This document shows, piece by piece, positions 8,408 to 16,285 of a stretch of DNA of 18,891 nucleotides. Below the pieces are notes generated by a model, which was not told the DNA's origin, did not search any database, and saw only the letters and a program-made list of their open reading frames with translations. The stretch lies in the NCBI GenBank assembly GCA_036507075.1, contig DASXQR010000195.1, forward strand, positions 1 to 18,891. Reading direction: 5' to 3'. The position numbers were made by a program, and so were the translations under genes. The stretch is from Acidobacteriota bacterium. Lineage in GTDB: Bacteria > Acidobacteriota > UBA6911 > JACQSX01. Positions within the stretch are counted from its first letter, which is position 1. Every line of letters starts with the position of its first letter.

Positions 8408-8444
8408 TACTTTGTACTATAAAGTAGATCAAGACAGAAGGCAA
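8408..8444 (-). promoter_or_regulatory. Candidate promoter and operator for the radical SAM gene
   Basis: The minus strand reads TTGCCT (8444-8439), 17 nt, TATAGT (8421-8416). The inverted repeat TACTTT-N7-AAAGTA (8408-8426) is centred on the -10 box. Confidence 0.6.
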
Positions 8445-8508
8445 GCCTCAGACACCCTGTACTACTAACCATGAGAATTTTAGCGGCCCGCGCAAATTAT
8501 TCGGGAGC

Positions 8509-8579
8509 GGAGAGACGGCCTGAGGGCCGTCTCAGCTTGGCAGAACACCGCAGAGAGACGGCCCTCAGGCCGTCTCTCC
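8509..8579. repeat. REP doublet (REPIN-like)
   Basis: GGAGAGACGGCCTGAGGGCCGTCTC at 8509-8533 has its exact reverse complement at 8555-8579, 21 nt apart. Each copy is GGAG plus an 8-bp stem with a 4-nt loop. Confidence 0.88.
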
Positions 8580-8582
8580 TTG

Positions 8583-8690
8583 ACTTTTGGTTGCGGCTTC
8601 GCCGCGCTAAGCCCCTGCGCCACTGATTTCGCATTTTCGCGCCTTCGCGGTTCCGGCTTTTTCGCACTCTTTGCAGCCTTAGCTGGCTCT
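8583..8690 (-). repeat. GGC-loop-GCCGCAACCAAAAG end motif plus two solo CRCNRAG-type arms
   Basis: Minus strand: AGCTAAG-GC-TGCAAAG-AG-TGCGAA (about 8684-8661), AACCGCGAAG-GCGCGAAA-ATGCGAAA (8652-8627), then GCGGC-GAA-GCCGC-AACCAAAAG (8605-8584). Confidence 0.75.
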
Positions 8691-8801
8691 CTGGATTCAT
8701 TCCTCCGCACCCTCCGTTAACACTTTCCCGGATGGATCGTCTTGCGGGAAGATAGGGCGGGTGTTCGAACAAGTGATCGAGCCGGTGGGTGAATATCATG
8801 A

Positions 8802-8860
8802 GGGAGGGATAGAGTGGGAGAGTGGGAGAGGGGGAGAGTGGTAGAGGGGGAGAGCGAGAG
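8802..8860 (+). repeat. Purine-rich 8-nt tandem repeat (AGAGTGGG-like, 6 units)
   Basis: AGAGTGGG AGAGTGGG AGAGGGGG AGAGTGGT AGAGGGGG AGAGCGAG at 8811-8858 ends 4 nt before the permease ATG. Two further GGG tracts lie at 8802-8808. Confidence 0.9.
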
Positions 8861-8862
8861 GA

Positions 8863-11196
8863 ATGGTCCACAATCTTCGCCATAGCATTCTTCTTATAAA
8901 TTCCCAACCGGGTTTCACAGTAGTGACGGTGCTGGCGCTTGGCCTGGGGATCGGTATCAACTGTGCGCTGTTTACAGTGGTGAACAGCCTGTTGCTTCGT
9001 CCACTGCCGTACCAGAACGCGGCTGAGCTGGTGGAGATCACGCTGCCGGAACGCCGCCCGGCGCTCGAAGATCTGCGGCGCGCCAGATCCTTTGCGGGCG
9101 TCGCCGGCTTTATTTCGCGCGGTTTCAGCGTGACGACGCCGGAGGGCGTGAGAAACATCTATGGCATTCGCGTTTCGGCAAATCTGTTCGAACTTTTAGG
9201 AGTTCAGGCTGCGGCAGGCAGGAGATTCTCGCCTGAGGAAGATCAACAACCCGTCGTGATGCTAAGCTACGACTACTGGCGGAGGATCTCGGGCGATACC
9301 AAGATCGTCGGCCGGACGCTGACTCTTTCCGGAGAGAAACACACCATTGTTGGGATACTGCCTGCCGGGTTCACGCTGCAGGTTCGGGATGCCAATTTAT
9401 TCATCCCCTATCGGCTGACCGAGGGAAGAGTAGTGGCGCGTCTGAGTCTCGGCGTCTCTTTGGCACAGGCGCACGCCGAAGTGGCGGCGCTGCTTCGTGG
9501 AATGGAATCGCAGCCGGCCCGTGCCAATCGCCCGCCCGGGACACTGGTAATCCCGCTCTCGCAAGCCTTTCGTAACAGTGAAGTCCGGACGGTTCTTCTG
9601 CTCCAGGCTACCGCAGGACTGGTGTTGTTGATTACCTGCGCCAATTTGGCGAACTTGTCGCTGGTGCGCGCAGCGGCGCGGCGCAAGGAGTTCGCTGTCC
9701 GCGCGGCTCTGGGCGCCCGGCCGTCCCAGTTGCTGCACCAACTCATGATTGAGAGCGCGCTGCTGGCTGCGATGGGCGGGCTGCTGGGATTGCTGCTCGC
9801 AAAGTGGAGCCTCGACTTTCTCCAGGCGAATCTGCCCGCCAACATCGGGCGCACCCTGAGAGGCGTCGAGGCCTTGTCCATCGATCACCGGGTGCTCGCT
9901 TTCACGGCGGGCATATCGGTGTTGACGCTTCTACTTTTCGGGCTGCTCCCGGCGATCAGTTCTCTGCGCTTCGACGTTATGCCGGTGTTGAGAGATTCGA
10001 GCAGGAGTTCAACGCCGCGTCAAAGATTCGGTCAACTGCTTGTGATCGCAGAAGTGGGGCTGGCTCTGATGCTCCTGATCGGCGCGGGACTTACGCTCAA
10101 GAGTCTTGTCGGACTGCAGAACGCCGACCTGGGATTCAGCGCCGACCACATACTGCGAGGCGCCGTGGACCTGCTGCCTTCGCGCTATCCGCAGCCGGAG
10201 CAGCGCGTCGCGGTTTTCGCCGAGATCGTGCGCCGATGCCGTGCGCTGCCCGGAGTGGAAACGGTTGGCGTACTGGCGCCGCAGTTTTTTCCATTCGGCG
10301 GGCCGCGCGTTCGAGGCTCTCTCTTCGAGATTCAGGGCCGGCCGGAGCTGCAAGCCCGGGCGGAAGTGTACGTCGCAAATCCCGATTACTTCCGTTCCGT
10401 ACGCATTCCTCTGCTTAAAGGCCGGATGTTCACCGGAGCGGATACAGACGCATCCACTCCGGTCGCCCTCATCAGCGAGATCGTCGCGCGTCGTTACTGG
10501 GGCCAGGAAGATCCGGTGGGCCGCCTGATCCGCCTGCAGGCGGAGAGCCCCGACAGTTCCTGGGTAACGATTGTCGGTGTGGTCGGCAACGTGCGAAATC
10601 CCGTCGCCCTCGATGTACAGCCGACTGCATACCGCCCCTTTGCGCAAACGCCTTCGACCGGCGCGATCTTGATGATCCGCACCGCCGGCGATCCCATGGC
10701 GCTGGTGGAAACGGTTCGCAAGGAACTTCGCGCCATCGATCCTACCGCCCCCGAGATGCGCGCTGCCGGCCTGGAGAGGGCTGTGTGGAGTTACGTGTCG
10801 CCCCAGCGCTTTACGACATCGTTACTTGGATTCTTTGCCGGGTTAGGCCTGTTACTGGCGGCTGTCGGCGTCTACGGAGTGATGCGCTACTGGGTCGGTG
10901 CGCGGATGTCCGAGATCGGCATACGAATCGCTCTGGGGGCGCAGCGCAAGGATGTGTTGTGGCTCGTATTCGGCAGGGCGGGGAGGGCAGCACTGATGGG
11001 CGTGGTGCTCGGCATCGCCGGAGCCCTCGCTCTACAGCGGGTGATTGCCAGTCAGCTCTATGGAGTGAGCCCCACAGATCCTGCCGTCTTCGTTGCAATC
11101 TCGGCGCTGATGGGCCTCGTGGCACTAGGCGCCGCTCTCCTGCCCGCGTTGTGGGCGGCACGGGTCGATCCACTTGTGGTTCTGAGGCATGAGTAG
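8863..11196 (+). CDS. Duplicated MacB/FtsX-type ABC permease (ADOP, acidobacterial duplicated orphan permease)
   Basis: 777 aa with motifs PGFT...LALGLGIG.N.ALF..VN..LLRPLPY, LLITCANLANL..R...R.KE.AVR.ALGA, EVGLALMLLIGAGL, EIGIRIALGA and the C-terminus A.RVDP...LRHE. No ATPase gene is adjacent. Confidence 0.93.
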   Translation: MVHNLRHSILLINSQPGFTVVTVLALGLGIGINCALFTVVNSLLLRPLPYQNAAELVEITLPERRPALEDLRRARSFAGVAGFISRGFSVTTPEGVRNIYGIRVSANLFELLGVQAAAGRRFSPEEDQQPVVMLSYDYWRRISGDTKIVGRTLTLSGEKHTIVGILPAGFTLQVRDANLFIPYRLTEGRVVARLSLGVSLAQAHAEVAALLRGMESQPARANRPPGTLVIPLSQAFRNSEVRTVLLLQATAGLVLLITCANLANLSLVRAAARRKEFAVRAALGARPSQLLHQLMIESALLAAMGGLLGLLLAKWSLDFLQANLPANIGRTLRGVEALSIDHRVLAFTAGISVLTLLLFGLLPAISSLRFDVMPVLRDSSRSSTPRQRFGQLLVIAEVGLALMLLIGAGLTLKSLVGLQNADLGFSADHILRGAVDLLPSRYPQPEQRVAVFAEIVRRCRALPGVETVGVLAPQFFPFGGPRVRGSLFEIQGRPELQARAEVYVANPDYFRSVRIPLLKGRMFTGADTDASTPVALISEIVARRYWGQEDPVGRLIRLQAESPDSSWVTIVGVVGNVRNPVALDVQPTAYRPFAQTPSTGAILMIRTAGDPMALVETVRKELRAIDPTAPEMRAAGLERAVWSYVSPQRFTTSLLGFFAGLGLLLAAVGVYGVMRYWVGARMSEIGIRIALGAQRKDVLWLVFGRAGRAALMGVVLGIAGALALQRVIASQLYGVSPTDPAVFVAISALMGLVALGAALLPALWAARVDPLVVLRHE

Positions 11197-11284
11197 TCGA
11201 ACTTGAACTTAGCCACCTGGGAAGCCTTTCGTAAATTACGGCATCTGGCCAGTACAGGTTAGATACTGATTGGATCGTGTCGGC

Positions 11285-11341
11285 GAGCCCCTTCCGGTCG
11301 CGGGTCGGTGGCTGGGCGTCGGCGCTGTCTCACACCGACCC
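11285..11341. repeat. Degenerate REP-like inverted repeat between convergent genes
   Basis: GGGTCGGTG (11302-11310) and CACCGACCC (11333-11341) form a perfect 9-bp inverted repeat, preceded by GC-rich CCCCTTCCGGTCGC. Confidence 0.45.
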
Positions 11342-11359
11342 TCATAGTGCAAGGATCCT

Positions 11360-12628
11360 TCAACTCAAATCCAGAGCCATGATGGTCTTTCGATCGCGAA
11401 TGTACAGTTTGGTCCCGGCGAGCGTCGGTGGCGTCCAGGCCCTGTTCGTCAATACAGGTACTTTTGAAATTACTTTCATCCCTTCTCGTGAGAGCCGGAC
11501 GAGCGCAAGGTTGCCGTCTTCATCGAGCAAGATTACTTTTCCGTCCGCATAAACGAAGTTGGTTTTCGGAAAGCTGAGGTTCTGCCAGACAACGCTTCCG
11601 GTTTTCACGTCCAGCGCGGTCATCGGAGCGGGACCGAAATCGCCGCTCGATCCAAACACCAGATCGCCCAGGCGAACCATCGTGCTGTGATGGACGCGCA
11701 TCCTGCGGCTGGCCCACAACTCTTTGACGGTGGTCTTGCCGCCGGATTGACTGAGTTGCAGCGCCCGACTGCCGCCGCTGTAGGCGGATGAAACGAAGAG
11801 AATGTTGCCTTCGCCCCACAACGGCAGGGAGATGTTGAGTCCCCAGTCGCACGGATGAGGATGGCTCCAGAGCAGCTCGCCGTTATTCGGAGTGAGACCG
11901 ACGATCTTGTCGGCCAGAACAATCACAAGCTGATCCTGGCCGTCGACAGTGATGATCAGTGGGGTCGAAGGCGACAGGTCGAAGTCTTGCTTCTTCCAGG
12001 CGATCGCCCCGCTCTTCTGATCGAAGGCTATCAGCGCCTGACCCGGTCCGCCCACTGTGACGATTACCATGCCTTTGTAGGCAAGCGGGCTGCATGAATA
12101 CCCGCGCCCCATTCGTTGTCCGCCATAATCCTTGTAGAGGTCGTGCGACCAAACAACTTTGCCGGTCATTTTGTCGAGAGCATGCATCTTCCCCACCACG
12201 CCGACGGTGAAAAGCAAATTGCCAACGACGAGCGGGGTTGAATGCGGGCCGTTGCCGTTTTCCAATTTGAGCCCGGCGGTCGGCGCTTCATAACTCTTTT
12301 CCCAGACAGTTTTGCCGCTGGCCGCATCGAGCGCGATGACAGACTCCTGGTCGTCTTTGCTGTACATCGTGTACAGCCGGGCGTTATCGACTACGATCGA
12401 GGAATGCCCTTCGCCAAGAGCGCGGCTCCACAACTGTTTCGGACCGGTAGCCGGCCATGAATCGGCCAGCCCTTTCGCCTCGATCATGAAATTCCGATGC
12501 GGCCCGCCCCATTGCGGCCAGGCGGGGGCCTGAGCGTGTACACCATTACCTGACAACACAAGGAAGGCCAGACAAAACCAACTTGTTGTCAACGCCTGTG
12601 CATTCGTTCTTAATCCCGGCAATCTCAT
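11360..12628 (-). CDS. Secreted PQQ-binding-like beta-propeller repeat protein (BamB-like fold)
   Basis: 422 aa with a signal peptide, WPQWGGPHRN and repeated ALD..(S/T)GK.VW blades, ending WTPPTLAGTKLYIRD. GGGAGG upstream. Confidence 0.9.
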   Translation of the reverse strand: MRLPGLRTNAQALTTSWFCLAFLVLSGNGVHAQAPAWPQWGGPHRNFMIEAKGLADSWPATGPKQLWSRALGEGHSSIVVDNARLYTMYSKDDQESVIALDAASGKTVWEKSYEAPTAGLKLENGNGPHSTPLVVGNLLFTVGVVGKMHALDKMTGKVVWSHDLYKDYGGQRMGRGYSCSPLAYKGMVIVTVGGPGQALIAFDQKSGAIAWKKQDFDLSPSTPLIITVDGQDQLVIVLADKIVGLTPNNGELLWSHPHPCDWGLNISLPLWGEGNILFVSSAYSGGSRALQLSQSGGKTTVKELWASRRMRVHHSTMVRLGDLVFGSSGDFGPAPMTALDVKTGSVVWQNLSFPKTNFVYADGKVILLDEDGNLALVRLSREGMKVISKVPVLTNRAWTPPTLAGTKLYIRDRKTIMALDLS

Positions 12629-12662
12629 TTACTTAGTCCCTCCCGGCATGCGAAATTTGTAA

Positions 12663-13580
12663 TCATTCACCGGCGGGGCGTGTTGCTGCGGATTGATCGT
12701 TGAGGGATCTGGGTCCAGCCCTTTGTGACTGCTCGACCTTGGCGAGCCCAATCGGTGCCCGGGCGATCACAATGTTGTCCAGGTAGAGGTGAATGTCGTC
12801 GCCAGGCACCGGCGTCGCGCCGCCGTGGTACACATTCATCCAGATCTCCTCGATCCGGAGCGTGTTCAAGTCCCGAAAGCGTATGTCGGTCTTTTCGAAG
12901 GCAAACTGGCCGTCGATCCATCCACGAAGGATGCCGTCGTTCCGACCCTTTCCCGCTGCGTCAGCGGGCGCGTTCAGCTTGCAGTACTGCTCGACCGAGT
13001 ACCATCGCCCGTGTTGGAGACTCGGCTTGAAGGCCCAGTGCTCGCCGTATATGCCTTTCATATCTGCGTGGTAGCAGTAAAAGCCCACGGTTGTGAAACT
13101 CGCTCCAGGCCGCGTGTCGAACAGCCCACGCGCGGACCAGCCATCGCTGCCGTTGACGCGTCTGCCGCCCCATCCGGCTCTGCCGTAGGTACCGCTGATC
13201 CCCGGAAGCTTCCCGCCGGACGTGGCGTTGCGCCAACTCGGGTCGAACTTGAGGTAGTAGCGAAAATAGATCTCCTCCGGCTCCGCGCCGGTCTGCTGCC
13301 GAAATTTGTAGGCAAAACTAGTGCCCATGTGCTCGTCGCGCCGAACGGTCACCTTAAGGCTCCTCCCCTTGAATGCCCCTTCTCCGTCCACGAGCGACGT
13401 GTTGTCGGGCGGCTTTTGCATCCCCCAGGCGCGCCACCAGTCGTCCGTCTCGAAGCCGCAGAAAAGGAGCACATCCTTGCGCCCGGCGAGCGCCGGTTCG
13501 ATCCGGTCGCTACCTTCGTTTGCCTGATAGGCAGTGCTGTAGGCGAGGCTGAAGATTAGTACTAGAGCAAAGAATCTCAT
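12663..13580 (-). CDS. Secreted polysaccharide lyase-like protein (PL14-like beta-jelly roll)
   Basis: 305 aa from ATG 13580, where the signal peptide starts. Motifs YFRYYLKF, GGKLPG, GWSAR, GRWYSVEQYCKLN, DGILRGWIDG, DIRFR and YHGG. Confidence 0.75.
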   Translation of the reverse strand: MRFFALVLIFSLAYSTAYQANEGSDRIEPALAGRKDVLLFCGFETDDWWRAWGMQKPPDNTSLVDGEGAFKGRSLKVTVRRDEHMGTSFAYKFRQQTGAEPEEIYFRYYLKFDPSWRNATSGGKLPGISGTYGRAGWGGRRVNGSDGWSARGLFDTRPGASFTTVGFYCYHADMKGIYGEHWAFKPSLQHGRWYSVEQYCKLNAPADAAGKGRNDGILRGWIDGQFAFEKTDIRFRDLNTLRIEEIWMNVYHGGATPVPGDDIHLYLDNIVIARAPIGLAKVEQSQRAGPRSLNDQSAATRPAGE

Positions 13581-13641
13581 GGGTCTTCCCCGCATCCGAG
13601 CCGCGCGCGTAAGCAAGGTGTGAAAAAATCAAAAAAGCTTA

Positions 13642-13782
13642 AACCGCGAAGTACGCGAAGCATCTAATGGACCTAGTCATGTCATTCCGTAAATATTTTA
13701 TACTGTTCGACAAACGCCCCGCAGTCGCAGTGCGACAAAACTGGAATTAATACACTTCGCGTGCTTCGCGCTCTTCGCGGTT
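13642..13782. repeat. Periodic inverted repeat (CRCNRAG family) enclosing a spacer of about 90 nt
   Basis: Left arm AACCGCGAAG-TACGCGAAG-CA (13642-13662). The right arm reads AACCGCGAAG-AGCGCGAAG-CACGCGAAG on the minus strand (13782-13755). 9-nt period. Confidence 0.88.
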
Positions 13783-13806
13783 CAATTTTTTCTCACGTTC
13801 TAATTG

Positions 13807-13878
13807 CGCCAATTTCACGACTTTCACGAATTTGAAATTCAAGTTCGTGAAATTCGTGAAATTCGTGAAATTCGTGTT
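13807..13878. repeat. Periodic inverted repeat, CACGAAT variant
   Basis: (TTCGTGAAA)x3 plus TTCGTG at 13844-13876 faces AATTTCACGACTTTCACGAA (13811-13830), 19/20 complementary. It abuts the stop codon at 13881-13883. Confidence 0.9.
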
Positions 13879-13880
13879 GC

Positions 13881-14231
13881 CTAACGCGGTTTTGCCTTCT
13901 CATACGCCCGTTCCAACCACTGCAACGCCTCGTTAATATCACTTGCCGATCCGATCTCGAACGCAACCCAGCCGGCGCCTGGCCTGCCCGCAATCCTGAG
14001 TCGATCATCCCGCGCCCTGGGCAACTTGAAGAGCACAGATGTCTCTGTCCCTGCCGCTCGTGTCCGCGGCACCGCGGCAAAGATATTCTTGCCACGGTAG
14101 AACGCGACCATCCCGAACATCGGCTTGGTCTTCACGTGCGGCCATTTCAAGAGCTCTTCTTCCAGCAGCGCGCACCAGCGCTGCATTTCGATGCCGATTT
14201 TCCAGAGCTTTGGCATACGCCCAACGGGCAC
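13881..14231 (-). CDS. Small TfoX N-terminal-like / YjbR-like protein
   Basis: 116 aa. V..KPMFG...FY....IFA and W.......ALQWLERAYE resemble TfoX_N/YjbR folds. The start is GTG 14231 or ATG 14216. Confidence 0.55.
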   Translation of the reverse strand: MPVGRMPKLWKIGIEMQRWCALLEEELLKWPHVKTKPMFGMVAFYRGKNIFAAVPRTRAAGTETSVLFKLPRARDDRLRIAGRPGAGWVAFEIGSASDINEALQWLERAYEKAKPR

Positions 14232-14276
14232 TTTGACGGAGACAATCCGACTTCGAAAATCTAAATCGGGTTTTCT

Positions 14277-14489
14277 CTACTTGCGGGTCTCTTCCACCAG
14301 GAATGCGATCTTCACGGTGGCTTTGTACTCGGTGATTTTGTTTTTCACCACTTTCGCAGTCATGTCACGTACCTCGACGCCGCTGATCCCTTTCACCGTC
14401 TCGGCGGCCTCGGCGACAGCGTTACGAACCGCGTCCTCCCAACCTTTCGTAGAATTTCCCACTATCTCGATTATCTTGGCAACAGCCAT
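14277..14489 (-). CDS. Dodecin family (flavin-binding) protein
   Basis: 70 aa, VAKIIEIVG.S.KGWEDAV..AV.EA..TVKGI...EV......V....ITEYK..VKIAF. AGGAAGG upstream. Confidence 0.93.
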   Translation of the reverse strand: MAVAKIIEIVGNSTKGWEDAVRNAVAEAAETVKGISGVEVRDMTAKVVKNKITEYKATVKIAFLVEETRK

Positions 14490-14584
14490 GGTACCTTCCT
14501 TTCGCGCTCATTTTATCAAAGCCGGGAAATGTCATGGTTGGTGCGCAACTTCCAAAGCTTGTCTGTCCCGTGCAGGCTAGGAGT

Positions 14585-14694
14585 CTTTCTGTGTCCTCTG
14601 TGTATCAGGTTGCATTCACCGCAGAGCCGCAAAGAACGCCGAGTTTCCGCAGAGTTTCATCACAACCTCAGTGAAACTTGGCGTTCTCGGCGGC
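14585..14694. repeat. CRCNRAG-family arms: one solo arm and one inverted pair with a truncated right arm
   Basis: Minus-strand solo arm ACACAGAG-GACACAGAAAG (14603-14585). Left arm TTCACCGCAGAGCCGCAAAGAACGCCGAGTTTCCGCAGAG (14615-14654). The right arm (14667-14694) lacks its outer 11 or so nt. Confidence 0.85.
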
Positions 14695-14796
14695 GCTCCC
14701 CGCACTTTGCCCTGCGCCGAAATCAGGAGCCCACAGCGCAAGCGCGCTCAGGCCGCCAAGCTTAAGAAACAAACGACGGTCAATGCCTTTTTGCAT
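14668..14796 (-). pseudogene. Truncated gene: only a Tat signal peptide remains
   Basis: ATG 14796 (GGAG upstream) encodes MQKGIDRRLFLKLGGLSALALWAPDFGAGQSAGS, then reads into the repeat arm (AAENAKFH) and stops at 14668-14670. Confidence 0.7.
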
Positions 14797-16132
14797 GGAT
14801 AGACTCCGCCTGCATGCCGTCTCCGACGAGGGCGCATTCGAATCCGGAAGGCTGCGATAGCCCAATGGGGTCGCGGGTCCGACTTGAGGCATTGGTGATG
14901 AAGAAAAGGAGAATGAGAAGCGCGAAACCTCCGCCCAGCATTGCCAGGAAGCCGCTCCCCAGCCAAAGCGCGAATGTTCGCGTACCATTGACATAGGCAA
15001 GGATCCATTTCACGATGGCATTCGCTGTCACGCCGATCAAGATTGCCACGACGGCTGCCATAATCGAGAGCGATCCCGCTCCAACCAACTTGGCTATTGA
15101 GAACGCGATCGCGCTGACGTCGCCTGCACCGGCAACAACGCTTCCCAGGTAAATTCCGCGCGCACCCCAGTACACCGTGACCACCTTCGAAAACAGCAAA
15201 ATGCAGACAAAAAATGCGGCGAACTTGAGAGCCGGAATCAGTGAGTAGGGATTCTCAACTGGAAGGTCGTCCATGCCTGTGTACTTTGTGCCACGCGAAA
15301 TTAACAAAGCGCCGACCAGGCCAATGACCGCCATCCCTATCAGTGGAAGGCTCAGAAACTTTCCGAGGTGCCGGTCTCCGATCCAAACGAACAGCAAGAG
15401 GCGAGGGAACTGCGCCGCATTGGCGAGGATCGCGGCGACCCCACAGGCTCGCGATTGTTGCGGCTCTTCCCGGGCGCGGCCGGCGAGTGAGAGTGTTGCG
15501 GCCGTCGTTGAAACAATGCCGCCCGCGATCCCGCTGATCAGAAGGCCGCGGTTCTTCCCCAGGCAGCGCATTAAGACATAACCGGAAAAGCTTATGGTCG
15601 AAAAGAGAATCACGAGGAGCCAGACATGTGTGGGGTTAAAAAAGTTGTAGGGACCAATATCGCGGTCGGGCAGCAGAGGGAGCACCAGGAACACCACTGC
15701 CAGAAACTTTACGGTATCGTAAAACTCCGTCTCACTGACTGTCTTCTTCACAAAGTCGTGAATCTTCCGCTTTGATGCCAGAAGAATCACCAAAGCCACG
15801 CTTGTACTGACAGCCAGCGATTCGTATTTATACACGAGGAATCCGAGCCAAAAAGTCAACAGCCCGGCAGCCTCTGTTGTGATGCCGATGCTCTTGGTTG
15901 AATGCCGGTAGTAGCCGATGCACAGCAGAATAATCAGGCCTGCAAAAGTGACCAGGGTGAATCCTGGCTGGTCAAGTACCGCGCACACCGCTCCCAGGAG
16001 TGCAAAAAGTGCGAAGGTGCGCACCCCCGCTTCCTTTTCCTCGCCCGGCTGGCGGGCTTTGTAGCGCTCGACCCCGACCAACAAACCGATAGCCAGTGCT
16101 TCTGCGAAGACTTTGAAGACTTGGGTACTCAT
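14780..16132 (-). CDS. MgtC/SapB family membrane protein with DUF4010 domain
   Basis: 450 aa. N-terminal ALAIGLLVGVER...AGVRTF.L and GITTEAA (MgtC), followed by LPLLPD...GP...FNP..VWLLV.L.S.ISF.GY, GG.VSTTAAT and NP.SL..ALKF (DUF4010). Confidence 0.9.
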   Translation of the reverse strand: MSTQVFKVFAEALAIGLLVGVERYKARQPGEEKEAGVRTFALFALLGAVCAVLDQPGFTLVTFAGLIILLCIGYYRHSTKSIGITTEAAGLLTFWLGFLVYKYESLAVSTSVALVILLASKRKIHDFVKKTVSETEFYDTVKFLAVVFLVLPLLPDRDIGPYNFFNPTHVWLLVILFSTISFSGYVLMRCLGKNRGLLISGIAGGIVSTTAATLSLAGRAREEPQQSRACGVAAILANAAQFPRLLLFVWIGDRHLGKFLSLPLIGMAVIGLVGALLISRGTKYTGMDDLPVENPYSLIPALKFAAFFVCILLFSKVVTVYWGARGIYLGSVVAGAGDVSAIAFSIAKLVGAGSLSIMAAVVAILIGVTANAIVKWILAYVNGTRTFALWLGSGFLAMLGGGFALLILLFFITNASSRTRDPIGLSQPSGFECALVGDGMQAESIHAKRH

Positions 16133-16285
16133 AAAAACTGCAGTTCCACAAAAAATATTTGTGTGCCCACTGTATACGCCGGGTTCGGAATAAGGTTTAA
16201 TAAAGCCAAGCGGTCCACTCCCTTGGGAAAATCGGGACGCCTCACGTAAATGCCTCGGTCATTATCAAAGATGAAGGATATTACT

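Noticed and set aside
6785..8422. Plus-strand ORFs of 287 and 240 aa opposite the radical SAM gene
   Set aside because: Antisense shadows with no family motifs or clear RBS.
8480..8907. Minus-strand ORFs of 76 and 136 aa in the intergenic region
   Set aside because: Their low-complexity translations (AKAAKSAK, SPPLPLSPSP) are simply read-throughs of the repeats.
12789..13559. 256-aa plus-strand ORF opposite the lyase gene (likewise 18105-18857 opposite the nitrilase)
   Set aside because: Antisense shadows of well-supported genes.
13807..13878. Tandem TTCGTGAAA units as a possible CRISPR array or replication iterons
   Set aside because: The units are 9 nt with no unique spacers, and there is no cas or rep gene nearby.
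16133..16285. Possible cobalamin or other riboswitch upstream of the TonB receptor or mgtC-like gene
   Set aside because: I could not find the conserved B12-box or other riboswitch cores by eye. An Rfam/Infernal scan would settle it.
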